Of a DNA stretch of 64,000 nt, positions 27,175-39,945 are shown piece by piece. Numbering within the stretch: the stretch's first letter is position 1; each line of letters opens with the position of its first letter. Source of the stretch: Octopus sinensis (Eukaryota); NCBI RefSeq assembly GCF_006345805.1, contig NC_042998.1, forward strand, positions 32,364,001 through 32,428,000, in the 5' to 3' direction. Made by a program: the position numbers and the translations under genes. The notes beneath the pieces were generated by a model, which was not told the DNA's origin, did not search any database, and saw only the letters and a list, made by a program, of their open reading frames with translations.

Positions 27175-28519
27175 ATAGTCTCATCAGTTTTTAGGCATTT
27201 TTTTTTTATGGTTTCAGTTATATGACTGCAACCATACCGGATCACCATCTTTTATCTTTCTCAGTTTCGCTGTCACTTTATGGCTGGAACTTACTTCCCT
27301 GAGCTTTTCCCTGAATGGTTGCCAGGTATGGCATTGTCATTAAGAACTTATCCAATGTTTTTTTTTAAATTTTTTATTTCTCAATATTTCTGCAGAGTTT
27401 CTTTTTACATTTCTGATGTCTATAATCAGGCAGTTGAACAATTGAGGACTTCTAAATATCAGATTGGTACAATAGAGTGTTTCCTTGTACATAAAGCTTC
27501 ACTTCAGACTACATTATTCAACGATTTCTTTAGGGACCACCGTTGGAGAGATTTGGCTTCTGTTGGTAGCAAGTTATCATGTCTGTGCTGTTCTGTTACC
27601 AACAATTAATGCATGTAAACTTACAACATATTTTGTATCAAATTCTAAATTATTTTTCTGCTTCTTTAACTTATATAAATTAAATTATCTGCATAGTGAT
27701 ACTTCACATTAGAAGTTGAATCTAACAACATTATGCTTAGGAAAAATCTAATTCCTCTCTTAGGCTAAATAAGCTTAGTAATAATTTTTTCTTTTAACCT
27801 TTTTGTGACACTTGTAATAAAATACACTGCCTATGCTTTTCAATTAATTGTGAGATAATATAAAATTTAGAGTGGATTAGCAAAATATTTAATTTTTTTT
27901 ATTAAATCGATTTTTAAAATAAACCTTAATAAAATGTTGCCACAAAAATTCTGATGGAAATTTTTCATTTGAATTGGAAAACTTCATAAGAAACAGTTTT
28001 GCATCATAAAACCAAGGAAACATCAGACACTTTAGTAACAAAACATTTTATGTCATGTAAAGTTCATAAAAAACGACAAGATTACAGGCAACAAAGCTTT
28101 TGGTGCTTCGGGCAAGGACACTTATTATGGAAGAAATGCAAAAAATGCATTTTGGAAATCAATAAACAACTTTATTTGTAACCAGCAGACAATCTGCCAT
28201 TTTCTTAAACTAACAAAACACTTGACAAAAACTGATTTTTATTTTTATCTCATTGCATCTAAACTAGTATAACTTGTTTGGTGCCCTGTAAAATGTACTG
28301 GTGCTGGTGGCACATAGAAAGCATCCAGTACACTCTGTAAAGAGTTTGGAGTTAAGAAGGGCATCCAACTGCAGAAATCATGCCAAAACAGATGGTAAAA
28401 CCTGATGTGACACCTGGGCTTGCAGCTCCTGTCAAACTGTCCAACACATGCCAGCATGAAAACAGATGTTAAGTGATGATGATGATAATATTTTGCTGCG
28501 GTACACTATCACGTTTCCT

Positions 28520-29666
28520 TAGAACTGTGGTAATGAAAGGGTTAAAATATATAGTAGAGACAATTGTTAACCCTTTCGTTACCAACCCGTCTGAAACCAG
28601 CTCTGGCTCTGAGTACAAATGTCTTGTTTTCATAAGTTCTCAATTAAAATCTTCCACCAAACCTTAGTCACAATTTATGTTCCTAACACCAGCTTAATGG
28701 ATAACTAATTTATTTTACTAAATTCTTTGTTATATTTCAAGTAATTGAAAGAAACACAGAACATCTCAAAATAAATACAGTAACAAAAAGATTAAAAAGA
28801 AAAATTATCAGCAGAAGACATGTGAGAAGGAGACCTCAATGTGGTTAATCTATATGCTAGAAATAATAGCCTAAATTTCCTTCAATCCACACCCTTCCAA
28901 CTGGTTCCAATATACATCTGCCCAAATGTAGAGGTGTGTATAACCCTTTTGATATTAACCCAGCTGAAACTGGCTCTGGCTCTGTAGAAGAAATGTCTTG
29001 TTTTCATAAATTCTGAATTAAAATCTTCCACCAAATCTTAGTCACAATTTATGTTCCTAACATTAGCTGAATGATAACTAAGTTATTTTAGTAAATTCTT
29101 TGTTATATTTAAAATTAATTGAAAGAAACACATAGTATCTCAACACAAATGTAGTAATGAAAGGGTTAAAATACATAGTAGAGACAATTGTTAACCCTTT
29201 TGATACCAACCTGCCTGAAACCGGTTCTGGCTCTGAGTACAAATGTCTTGTTTCCATAAGTTTTGAATTAAAATCTTCCTTCAAACCTTAGTCACAATTT
29301 ATGTTCCTAACACTAGCTTAATGAAAACTAAGTTATTTCATTAAATTCTTTGTTATATTTGAAATTAATAGAAACACAGTGAATCTCAACAGAAATATGG
29401 TAACAAAAGGGTTAAAATATATAATAGAGACACAATTCCTAACCCTTTTGATACCAACCTGCCTGAAACCGGTTCTGGCTCTGAGTATAAATGCCTTGTT
29501 TCAATAAGTTTTGAATTAAAATCTTCCACCAAACCTTAGTCACAATTTATGTTCCTAACACTAGCTTAATGAAAACTAAGTAATTTTACTAAATTCTTTA
29601 TTATATGTAAAGTAATTGAAAGAAACACAGAGCATTTCAAAATAAATACAGTAACGAAAGGGTTAA
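28520..29666. repeat. Cluster/tandem array of family-1 TTAA MITEs
   Basis: Copies at 28567-28795, 28941-29169, 29191-29415 and 29439-29666, with a recurring spacer aata(t/c)atagtagagacaattg. Confidence 0.9.
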
Positions 29667-30311
29667 GACAGTATATAATATAGTTTGAGGGAAATGTGGC
29701 TGCTTTTTTGAGATGATCAAATGACTTTGTAGAGAGTCCTTTGTTCATGTGTTATGAGAAGTGAATTCTGACATTTCTGTCATGTATTAACTGGCTTCAT
29801 TGACAAGCCACCAACACTTCTCATTTCTTCAAAGAAATAGCTAGCTTCAAATGCCATTCTTTACCATTCCTCAGTTTTTTTTTCTTTTTATTGCTTTTAT
29901 GAATATTACAAATGTGTTGAATAATCTAAACAGTTTCATAACCATGTTTTAATAGTGTACATGACAAAGAACATAAATATTATTCCAAATCATATTTATA
30001 AATTATGATAAATTAGAAATAAGATAAGGAATAAAAATAAATTGTAAGAAATGTACATGTTTAGCATTCTCTTTGCTTTTAATAATTTCCATTATATTGA
30101 AAAATAAGAGCTGCAGATAATAAACATGTACTTGATATCAATATTCTATTCACCACAAAAACAAGATACCATAAAAACTAACAATTTTACAATTGGAAAA
30201 TGTAAACCACTGTTTTGTATATAGAAATTACTCTTCATGTGTTAAAAATAAATTTAATTGGTTTTTGATTAATGGAATAAATAGTATTGTATCTAATTGT
30301 ACAGTTTTGTT

Positions 30312-30810
30312 GGATGCAAAGAGCACCATACAAGTGTGATCATTGACAGAGTGGCTAACCGGCTTCCATGCCAGTGGCACATAAAAGGCACCATTCGAGT
30401 GTGATCGTTACCTGTGTTGCCTTACTGGCACTTTTGCCCATACTAATAGGGTGCCAAGAGCACCATCCGAGCGTGATCTTTGCCAGAGCGGCCAACTGGC
30501 TTCCGTGCCGGTGCCACGTAAAAGGGCACTATTCGAGAGTGATCATTACCAGCGTCACCTTACTGGCACCTGTGCCGGTGGCATGTGTCAAAAGATTCGA
30601 GCGAGGTCATTGCCAGTACCGCCTGACTGGCCCATGTGCCGGTGGCACGTAAAAGCACCCACTACACTCTCAGAGTGGTTGGCGTTAGGAAGGGCATCCA
30701 GCTGCAGAAACTCTGCCAGATCATGATTGGAGCCTGGTACGGCCACCAGCCCTCAGTCAAAATCGTCCAACCCATGCTAGCATGGAAACGATGATGATGA
30801 TGATGATGAT
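30312..30810 (+). mobile_element. Family C retroposon with internal subrepeats
   Basis: Repeated gcaccattcgagtgtgatc units, family motifs, (GAT)n tail. Confidence 0.75.
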
Positions 30811-31254
30811 TAGATGCACATAAAGTATATTTTTATAACTTTTATCATAAACTTCATCTAAAATTTCAGAAACCTAATATATGAACATTCTAAGTTTGGC
30901 ATTCTCAGAGGTGACAGGTTCAAAAGAACCAAGGAGTCTGAGAGTCAAGATATTTAATCTATAGCCATGGTTATAGATTAAACATCAACCTAAGTTTTTA
31001 TAGGTTGATCCTGTCGTTTCTTACCACACATGAACTTCTCCACTGGACTCTCTATCTACCCTTTACGGATTCTCATTTGGATATTTACCCTCCGGCTGCA
31101 CCTCTCCTACATACGGATCACTGTGGACTCTGCTCTTAAGTTTTTATATATTTCTTTCTTTTTATATATATATTTTTCCATCAAGATAGGCAGATGTGGA
31201 TTCCTATAAATCAGTAAACAAATATTATGTAGACTCGAGGTTTTATATCTATAT

Positions 31255-31434
31255 CTTTTCTCTTGTTTTAATCATTAGGCTGTGGCCATTCTGGGGCAAC
31301 ATCTTGAAGAACTTTTAGTTCAACGATTCAATCCTAGTACTTTTTTTTGTTTCAGGTTTGGTTGTTATTCTGTCAGTTCCTTTTGAAGAACCACTTAGGC
31401 ATGGGGAAGTAAACACCGGTTGTCAAGCATTGGT

Positions 31435-31484
<50 letters not shown>

Positions 31485-31863
31485 AAGGGCTTCTTTTAAT
31501 TTCTTATTTCTTTATTGCCCACAAGGGGCTAAACATACAGGAGACAAACAAGGACAGACAAAGTCGATTACATTGACCCTAGTGTGTAACTGGTACTTAA
31601 TTTATTGACTCCAAAAGGACGAAAGGCAAAGTCGACCTTGGTGGAATTTGAACTTAGAACATAATGGCAGATGAAATACCACTAAACATTTCTCCCCGCA
31701 TGCTAACATTTCTGCCAGCTCACCACCTTCTTCCACTTTCTGTCTACCAAATCTACACACAAGGCTATAGTAGAAGACACTTGCCCAAGGTGCCACGCTG
31801 TGGAATTGAACCTAGAACCATGTGGTTGGGAAGCAAGTTTCTTACCACACAATCACACCTGTG
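31255..31863 (-). mobile_element. SINE A with nested SINE B (~31503-31725)
   Basis: Both family signatures are present on the minus strand. Confidence 0.75.
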
Positions 31864-32434
31864 AATAATCCTCATCCTTAATAAATTAATTTTCATTTCC
31901 CCACACTTGCAATCAAAATAGTCAGATGTCTTGATATTTTCTTAGCATTATGAAATCTGGTCTCACAAATTTTACCCACATCTTCCCCAGAATATCTCTG
32001 CCATAGATACTCTCCACCAATGGCTTACAGCACTTTTTAGCCCGCATCATTTTCACATTCATGATCGAAGTGCATCTCAGCCAATTCTCTAGTTCTCTTC
32101 AGGTTATACTTTTAAGGCCCTGCCAGAGCCTCTACTTTATTCTACCTTTCATAATCATTAGCATTACTAAACCAGCAGTTCATACTCACCTCATTTCAGT
32201 CCAAGATCATATATCAGCTTTATACACTTGCTGAGCCTCACAACTACTTAGAATTGCTCAACTTATCCTGGCTACATACAAATTTTTTTCACAGATGGAG
32301 AAACTCTTTGCTGCCAACAAACAAAACAGCTCATTCAATGTTTTGTATCTCTTATTCTAAAATTTATTCATGTGATCTAACCACCTCTAATGCTAACGAG
32401 ATAACTCAGGTGGCAGAAACTATCAAATAAGACA

Positions 32435-32662
32435 GAGAGCTGACAGGAACGTTAGCACGCTGGGCGAAATGCTTAACAGTATTTCATTTGCCATTACGTT
32501 CTGAGTTCAAATTCTGCCAAGGTTGACTTTGCCGTTCATCCTTTCGGGGTCGATAAATTAAGTACCAGTTATGCACTGGGTCGATGTAATCGACTTAATC
32601 CGTTTGTCTGTCCTTGTTTGTCCTCTCTATGTTTAGCCCCTTGTAGGCAATAAAGAAATAAG
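32435..32662 (+). mobile_element. SINE family B
   Basis: Full head, body and tail. Confidence 0.85.
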
Positions 32663-33382
32663 AAACTATCAAATAAGTATAGGCTACCTTCGAAGCAGTT
32701 CATTGACTGCCTTTCATTGATGCCCAAACAGTTAACTGCTTCTGTTTTAGTTCCCTGTAAATCTCTTAGACTGTCCACCACACCTGTTGAATAACTACAG
32801 CTTGCCCTATTAAGGGGAGCTGAGAGAAGGGTCTTAGCAAATGCTTACTTGCATGCAGAATTTCTCATTCAACTATATTACATATTAAAAACTATTGGTT
32901 GCCTTCAATATATCTTTGGTATATTTCTGGCTTTCTAGATGAATCCCTGTTTGAAAATAACTTAAATCTTTACACCTTCATGTTATTTGTAATTATTGCT
33001 GAGTATCTTATGCAAAACAGATTTAATAAAGAATGTAATGTATTTCTTATAAAAATATTTTCAAAGTATTGATTGATGGCTATTTCATGCCAGGACATTA
33101 ATTTACGTATAGACTTAAATCCTAATATATTATTCTAATTTATGCTAATCACACTTATGCAAAATCATTGTAAATAACATCAAAACTTATTTGAAGGGCA
33201 ATATGTTTTGCACAAGAAGATAAGTCTGTAATTCACTCATTAGACATTTGAAGATATTAGTTATCAGTTTTACATTTCAAAGAAGGTAACATTTTTTTTC
33301 TGTACCGATTTTACAAATGCAAATAATAATAATAATAATAATAATAGTAATAATAATAATAATAATAAGAAGAAGAAGAAGA

Positions 33383-33914
33383 ATAACAACAGAAAAAAGA
33401 TGGTATAGGCACACACCAGAAAAGGTCACAGAAAACGAGAAAGCAACCATACTCTGGGATATGCCGATACACACAGATAGAGAAATTAAGGCCAACAGAC
33501 CAGATATAGTTGTCAGAGACCATGAAGAAAAAAAATGCTTTCTAATTGATGTATCAGTACCGGCAGATGACAACGTGTCTCTAAAAGAAATGGAGAAACT
33601 CTCAAAATACAAAGACCTGGAAATAGAGGTAACTAGAATGTGGAATCTGAAAACAGAAACAATTCCTATCATAGTAGGTGCATTAGGCATGATAAAAAAA
33701 TATTCAGACAAATACATAACAAAAACACCAGGACTTACAAACACATATAACATACAGAAAATTGCACTACTAGGCACTGCACACATCCTACGCAGAACAC
33801 TTTCCATACAATAACCATCAGAGCATCACAACAAATCACAGCACATACCCAAGGCACACAGAGCTGTGCTCGGTAGTGAAGTGAAAGCACGCTATAAAAA
33901 TAAAAATAAAACTA

Positions 33915-33917
<3 letters not shown>
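33383..33917 (+). mobile_element. 5'-truncated R4/Dong-clade non-LTR retrotransposon (restriction-like endonuclease C-terminus plus 3' UTR) in (AAT)n
   Basis: Open frame to 33814: WYRHTPEKVTENEKATILWDMPIHTDREIKANRPDIV...LIDVSVP...EKLSKYKDL...PIIVGALG (PD..D motif); TAA repeats on both sides, the known Dong target. Confidence 0.9.
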
Positions 33918-33957
<40 letters not shown>

Positions 33958-34199
33958 GCCCTGATGCAGTACTAGGCAGTGGCTCTCACGGTTTCTGATC
34001 TTAACTGATTGGAATTGTTATCATGTACATTGTTTTGTCTTGGTCAAAAAGATTGGCTATAGCAAATATTCTGCTCAATACCACAGATTTACTTGTCAGT
34101 TGCTTGACCTTAACCAGTTGACCATGTCCCTTAGTGGCTGACGATATGTGCATCTCTGATCACAAGCAGAAGAAGTGGGGAAGCATCATAGCCATATGA

Positions 34200-34318
34200 T
34201 TTCATTTCTAAGGTATTTTTTGATGTTATTATTATCATTCAGGTCACTGCCTGGAATTGAACTCGGAATCTTGGGGCTAGTGGCCTGCACTCTTAACCAC
34301 TACACCATATAGAACTGT
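34200..34318 (-). mobile_element. Remnant P5 of the palindromic tRNA/HHR element
   Basis: Minus-strand tRNA head fused at ccatat directly to the long terminus agaactg. Confidence 0.7.
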
Positions 34319-35171
34319 ACCACTCAAGATATTTTTTACTTAGATTAAAGAAAGTAATTAGTGTTAGCATAATAGTCTCAAGCAGAACTAACAATCTCGT
34401 CTTGCCTACAAATATGAACAGTGAACAAACCCACAAAGAACTGAACATTAAGAGAATAGGTAGCAATTTTAAATGCAATAACTGCACTATTTATTATTTA
34501 GTTTGAGTTATTAGTAACAATAATTGGACTACCACCACTTGTTGTTGTGGTGACAATAACAAAAGTTATTATAATTATAACAAAAAGATAGATTTTCCAA
34601 ATATTTCCCCACTTTATCATAAAATACTGCAAAATGAAACCCAATCACCGCCCTAAACGAAAAAAAAAAGACATAAAGAGACTAGAATATAATAATGGTG
34701 GTAAACATGCTATTGTGATTATTTCATTGTTCATTTAGTGATGCTTTCCAGGTATATTTTAAAGATTAATATCTTTCTTTTGAAAATTGTTTCCTGTTTC
34801 TTGTTTATTTTTTTTTTTTAGAATTTTTTCATATCCATGCCTGTTCTTTCATCTTCTAATTCTTCTTCCTGCCTTTTGTCAGTTTTATATGTTCCAAATC
34901 ACTATCAACATTCACAGCATTATACTTTTTCCATACAGTTAACCATTTCTTCTTTATCTCTGGTTTGGCATTCTAGTATTCTTCTACATATTTTTGTTAT
35001 ATGTATTTTTATACATGTATTTTTATATATGTATTTTTATATATTTTTAAGATTGTCCTATATCTTTACCAGTTATTATATTATCAGTATTATTTTTAAT
35101 ATTGTAATTTCTTTTATTTGCATATTTTACATTCAGTATTTGTGTGTGTGTATGGATATACATAGATAATG

Positions 35172-36000
35172 TACAGTGTCCTCAAAAAATGTTTACATGC
35201 ATTAAATAATCATGAAGCTAGTGTTTATTAAAATACATTCCATCTTCAAAATTTAATAGAATCTCTGGACAGAATTTAATCATTTTATTAATGCCTGTTT
35301 TCAAATTAACGGCATTTCTGGTTCAGGTGCTTCTAATAATATGAAGCAATGGAATAGCAGACATCAAGAAATATTTAATTTGGTATTTGCATGCATTCTT
35401 GTACAATGGCTGTGCTCAATTCATTGATGGTTGCTGTTTCATCATCATCATTCTTTAACGTCTGCATTCCATGCTAGCATGGGTTGGACAGTTTGACTGT
35501 GGGCTGGCAAACCAGATGGCTGCACCAGGCTCCAATCTTGATTTGGCAGAGTTTCTACAGCTGGATGCCCTTCCTAACGCCGACCACTCCGAGAGTGTAG
35601 TGGGTGCTTTTACATGCCACCGACACGGGGGCCAGTCAGGCGGTACTGGCAATGACCTCGCTAGAATTTTTACACATGCCACCGGCACAGGTGCCAGTAA
35701 GGCGATGCTGGTACGATCCTGCTCGAATGGTGCCTCCTACATACCACCGGCACGGAAGCCAGTTAGCCGCGCTGGCAACTATCACGCTCGGATGGTGCTC
35801 TTATCACCCTACTAGCATGAGGCACAAGTGCCAGTAAGGCAAAGCTGGTAACGATCACACTTGAATGGTGCCTTGTACAGTAAATATTATCTTTACAGTA
35901 TCTTCATAAAATGTTCAGAGCAAACAGGTCTGGTGAATATGTGTGATATTCTGCTGAACTGCTTCATCCAATACATTTGTCTGGCATATCTCATCAAAGT
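35172..36000 (-). pseudogene. Highly decayed Tc1/mariner remnant interrupted by a family C element (35440-35875)
   Basis: TIR-like tacagtgtcctcaaaaaatg at 35172; minus-strand YSPDLFALNIL*RYCKDNIY near 35880-35945. Confidence 0.45.
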
Positions 36001-36014
36001 AAATCCCTTACATT

Positions 36015-36245
36015 TCTTATTTCTTTATTGCCCTCAAGAGGCTAAACATAGAGGGGACAAACAAGGACAGACAAACGGATTAAGTTGATTATATCGACCC
36101 CCAGTGCATAACTGGTACTTAATTTATCGACCCCGAAAGGATGAAAGGCAAAGTCAACCTCGGCGGAATTTGAACTCAGAACGTAACGGCAGACGAAATA
36201 CGGCTACGCATTTCGCCCTGCATGCTAACATTCCTGCCAACTCGT
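36015..36245 (-). mobile_element. SINE family B
   Basis: Reverse complement of the family sequence. Confidence 0.85.
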
Positions 36246-37866
36246 GTTATTACAACAGATGCCCACCCCCAGCCTTACCACTGCTGCTGCTGTAGTACAA
36301 TATAAATGTTTGTAAATTAGTATCAGATTAAGAAACATTTCTATTAATGAATGAGTGAATGATTAGATTCAAAATATTTGTTGTCTAAATCGCGATGTTT
36401 CTGTAAGTGGTTTTACACTTGGTGGTACATTACACAACCAACAGGAAAGCAAATGTTATCACACATAAATGTTATCTTGTATAAAAACCAACATGTGTGT
36501 ATTGGCCATTAAACTGAAACCTTCACCATTTCTTTTGCAAAAGCAAATAAGTGTAATATTGTATAATTTAATTATGCCAATTCCACGTAGTTAATTCACA
36601 AAAACATACACACCTTTATCTGATAAAGATAGATGAGAATTTTTGGTAAAGTATTTTTCCAGAACTGCAAATGTTTTATATTTATTATTTTTCATACAGG
36701 AAGAAGCATATTTATGGATGTTTAGAACACTGAATGGTATTCAGAGATTCTAATTATATAATACACTGTAATTTTCTGGTGAAGGTGTTAAAAGATTAAA
36801 TACTTTATATGCAATTACAATCTTAAATTCAAGAATGTTACAGAATAATTCAAATTGATTCTACCAAAGAACATTAATTAGCACAGTTAACACGTTATAG
36901 GATTTGTATTTCAGAAAGAAAAGAAACAGCATTTTTTTTTTCCAGAGTTAAACATCTAATCAAAGTCCTTAAAAATCTATGCTTCAATATTGTTGTAATT
37001 ACTTTGGGAAAAAAATAATTGAGGAAAGAATTCTACATTATTTTCATAATTACTATTTAAATAGATTTGCTGTTTGAATGAGAATGCTATCTCAAATATT
37101 AGTAACTTAAAAAAAAAGGGGGGTATTATTCAAATAATAAAAATATTTCATTGTATAAAGGTAGATTAGAAAGAAAAGTAGAAATAGACATTTTACAAAA
37201 GTTTCCTCTCCCTTTAAAAAAAAAATTCCAATAAATATAAATAAAGAATGCAAATAAAATATGAAATTTTCATTAAAAAGCATTTCCTTTAAGGCATTTC
37301 AAAATTTTATATACCTGAGTACAAAACTTTAATTTTAACAATTTAGATCGTTTAACAGCTTGATGCAGGAAATGCATAAAATATATAAAATTGCGGGCAT
37401 GATCACGTGGTTCAAAAGTTTATTTACTCATCACATGCTTTCAGGTTCAATCCTGAAGTACGACACCTTGGCAAATGATCTACTTTGTTTATAGTCTCAG
37501 GTTCATCAATATTTTGTAAGTGAAATTTAGTAGATAAAAACTATATATACAGTCATGGGCAAAAGTAGGCATACAGTTGCTTCATATAAGTGAAACATTC
37601 TTTTCATTTCTCTATTTCTTTTTGAGGGTAAGAATTCTATGATTCTATGTTAATTTTAATCGGTTATTTCCACTATAGGCACAGGAATGGCTGTGTGGTA
37701 AGCAGCTTGCTTACCAACCACATGGTTACAGTTCATTCCCACTGCGTGGCACATTGGGCAAGTGTCTTCTACTATATCCTTGGGCCAGCCAAAGCCTTGT
37801 GAGGAGATTTGGTAGATGGAAACTGAAAGAAGCCCATCGTATATATGTATATATATATATATATCA

Positions 37867-38444
37867 ATATTAGGGTAGCAAAAAATTCAATAGAAATTAT
37901 TTTGCCACCAGCGGTCTAGTGAGAAAGAGGAAATAGTCAGAGACTATTAATAAATTCAACAACAATTGAGGAACGGCTATAATAGGCCGTTCGACCCACT
38001 AGAAATAGCAGCAAGGGCTCCAACCGCAAATAGTAGTAATTCCGAAATCAGAGGAAAAATGAAAAAATTAATTCCGAAATTGAATCGGCAGTTTATATTT
38101 GCTGCCGATAAGTTGGCGCGAGTACGATGATTTTGAAAATTTTAGGTCAGATATTACCGAGGCATGAAGGTAGCTGCCTCGTGTAATTTCTGTCCCTTCT
38201 GGCTCCTTTACTGATGAGCGCGTTGGCCTTTTGGAAGATTGACTTGATTAAGTTTAATTTAATTTAATCAGGCTGGTTTACCATTAAAAAACGCCGAAAC
38301 AATGCATTGTCTAAAGAAGAACAGGGTAAATGTTTTTTTAATTTTTCCTCTGATTTCGGAATTACTACTATTTGCGGTTGGAGCCCTTGCTGCTATTTCT
38401 AGTGGGTCCAACGGCCTATTATAGCCGTTCCTCAATTGTTGTTG
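37867..38444. mobile_element. PLE-like element with ~110 bp inverted repeats, inserted in the (TA)n of a SINE A
   Basis: Arms at 37957-38066 and 38335-38444; extra tail on the left; internal HHR; SINE A pieces at 37678-37860 (+) and 38495-38958 (-). Confidence 0.8.
38206..38316 (+). ncRNA. Type I hammerhead ribozyme, canonical core, ~78 nt stem II
   Basis: cttta-CTGATGA-gcgcgtt...aacgcc-GAAA-caatgcatt-GTC-taaag; predicted cleavage after C38311. Confidence 0.85.
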
Positions 38445-38479
<35 letters not shown>

Positions 38480-38740
38480 ATATGTTTGTGTGTCTGTTAC
38501 GGGGACATAAACACACCAGCATCAGTTGCCAAGTGATGTTGGGGGGTCAAACACAGACACACAAGCATATACACACACACATACATATATATATATTATA
38601 TATAATATATATATATAATTTAAAAATAGGATAAAATCTTCATAAGAAATTATCAAGTAGTTAGCATGAAAAACCTCATAAGAGAAAAAATCTGTAAAAT
38701 TTTTCCACTTGAATATATTTATTAATATTATATAGAGGGC

Positions 38741-38799
<59 letters not shown>

Positions 38800-39059
38800 C
38801 ATATATATGACGGGCTTCTTTCAGTTTGTGTCTACCAAATCCACTCACAAGGCTTTGGTGGAGGCTATAGTAGAAGACACTTGCCCAAGGTACCATGTTG
38901 TGGGACTGAACCCAGAACCAAGTGATTGGCAAGCAAGCTGCTTGCCAAACAAACTACATAATTCTTTCTACAGAATTTTGTGAATATGTACACAGGGACT
39001 TTTATTAAATACAGTATTTCTTTATGTTTAGATATATAATTTCTAAAATTATTATATTA

Positions 39060-39396
39060 CGGAGATGTACTCGCATAGCAAGTGATTTGATCTGAGATCG
39101 TGTGCTGGAACGAAAACAATTGCAGCGTGGAAGGTGTTTGTAAGCCATTTAAGAAACACACAAAAGCCGTTTGATTCACTTCAACATTTAAGTTTAATTT
39201 GTCAAAATATTTTCGTCGCTAAAATCCGCAACCTGTTCACTGACAAAAATCCAGAGATGCAGCATGGACTTTTGTCAGTAAACAGGTCACGGATTTTAGT
39301 GACGAAAATATTTTGACAAATTAAACTTAAATGTTGAAGTGAATCGAACGGCCTTTGTGTGTTTCTTAAATGGCTTACAAACACCTTCCATGCTGC
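39060..39396. mobile_element. Palindromic insertion with a one-sided 60 bp tail and G3-C8 hammerhead-like motifs
   Basis: Arms at ~39120-39253 and 39265-39398; exact 15 bp TSD aaaattattatatta at 39045-39059 and 39397-39411. Confidence 0.85.
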
Positions 39397-39502
39397 AAAA
39401 TTATTATATTAATATTGACATGCTGTAGTTAAAAATGAGACTAAGATATAAGATGGATAAAGCTCAGCTATCTGTCATTCGTCTACTCAATTATTATTTA
39501 GC

Positions 39503-39945
39503 TAAGGTTACAAGCTGGCATAAACATTAGCACGCTGGGCAAAATACTTAGCGGTATTTTGTCTGTCTTTATGTTCCAAGTCAAATTCCGTTGAGGTCGA
39601 CTCTGCTTTCATCCTTTCGGGTTCGATAAATTAAATACCAGTTGCATCCTGCAGTCGATCTAATTGACTGGCTCCCTCACCCCAAAAATTTCAGGCCTTC
39701 TGCCTAGAGTAGAAAAGATTTTAGTAAGGCAGTGAGCTGGCAGAAATGTTAACACAACTGGTGAAATGCTTAATGGTATTTCATCTGTTTTTACGTTCTG
39801 AGTTCAAATTCCACCAAGGTCGACTTTGCCTTTTATCCTTTCGGGGTTGATAAATTAAGTACCAGTTGCATATTGGGTTCGACCTAATCAACTGGCCACC
39901 TCCCCCAAAATTTCGGGCCTTGTGTCTTGAGTAGAAAAGAATTAT
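39503..39945 (+). mobile_element. SINE family B, tandem dimer (alternative tail)
   Basis: Two head-body units, each ending gagtagaaaaga; a similar dimer lies on - at ~46470-46800. Confidence 0.8.

Noticed and set aside
27264-27609. Exon-intron-exon pattern (ctcag / gtatgg / ctgcag) and 109 aa ORF
   Set aside because: No spliced frame stays open across the downstream exon and no homology is recognisable; RNA-seq would be needed.
28520-29666. CRISPR-like repeat-spacer array
   Set aside because: The long units are copies of one MITE rather than unique spacers; eukaryotic context; no cas genes.
38125-38192. SECIS element upstream of the HHR
   Set aside because: The AUGA motifs are not at the base of an 11-12 bp stem with an opposing GA; these are simple hairpins.
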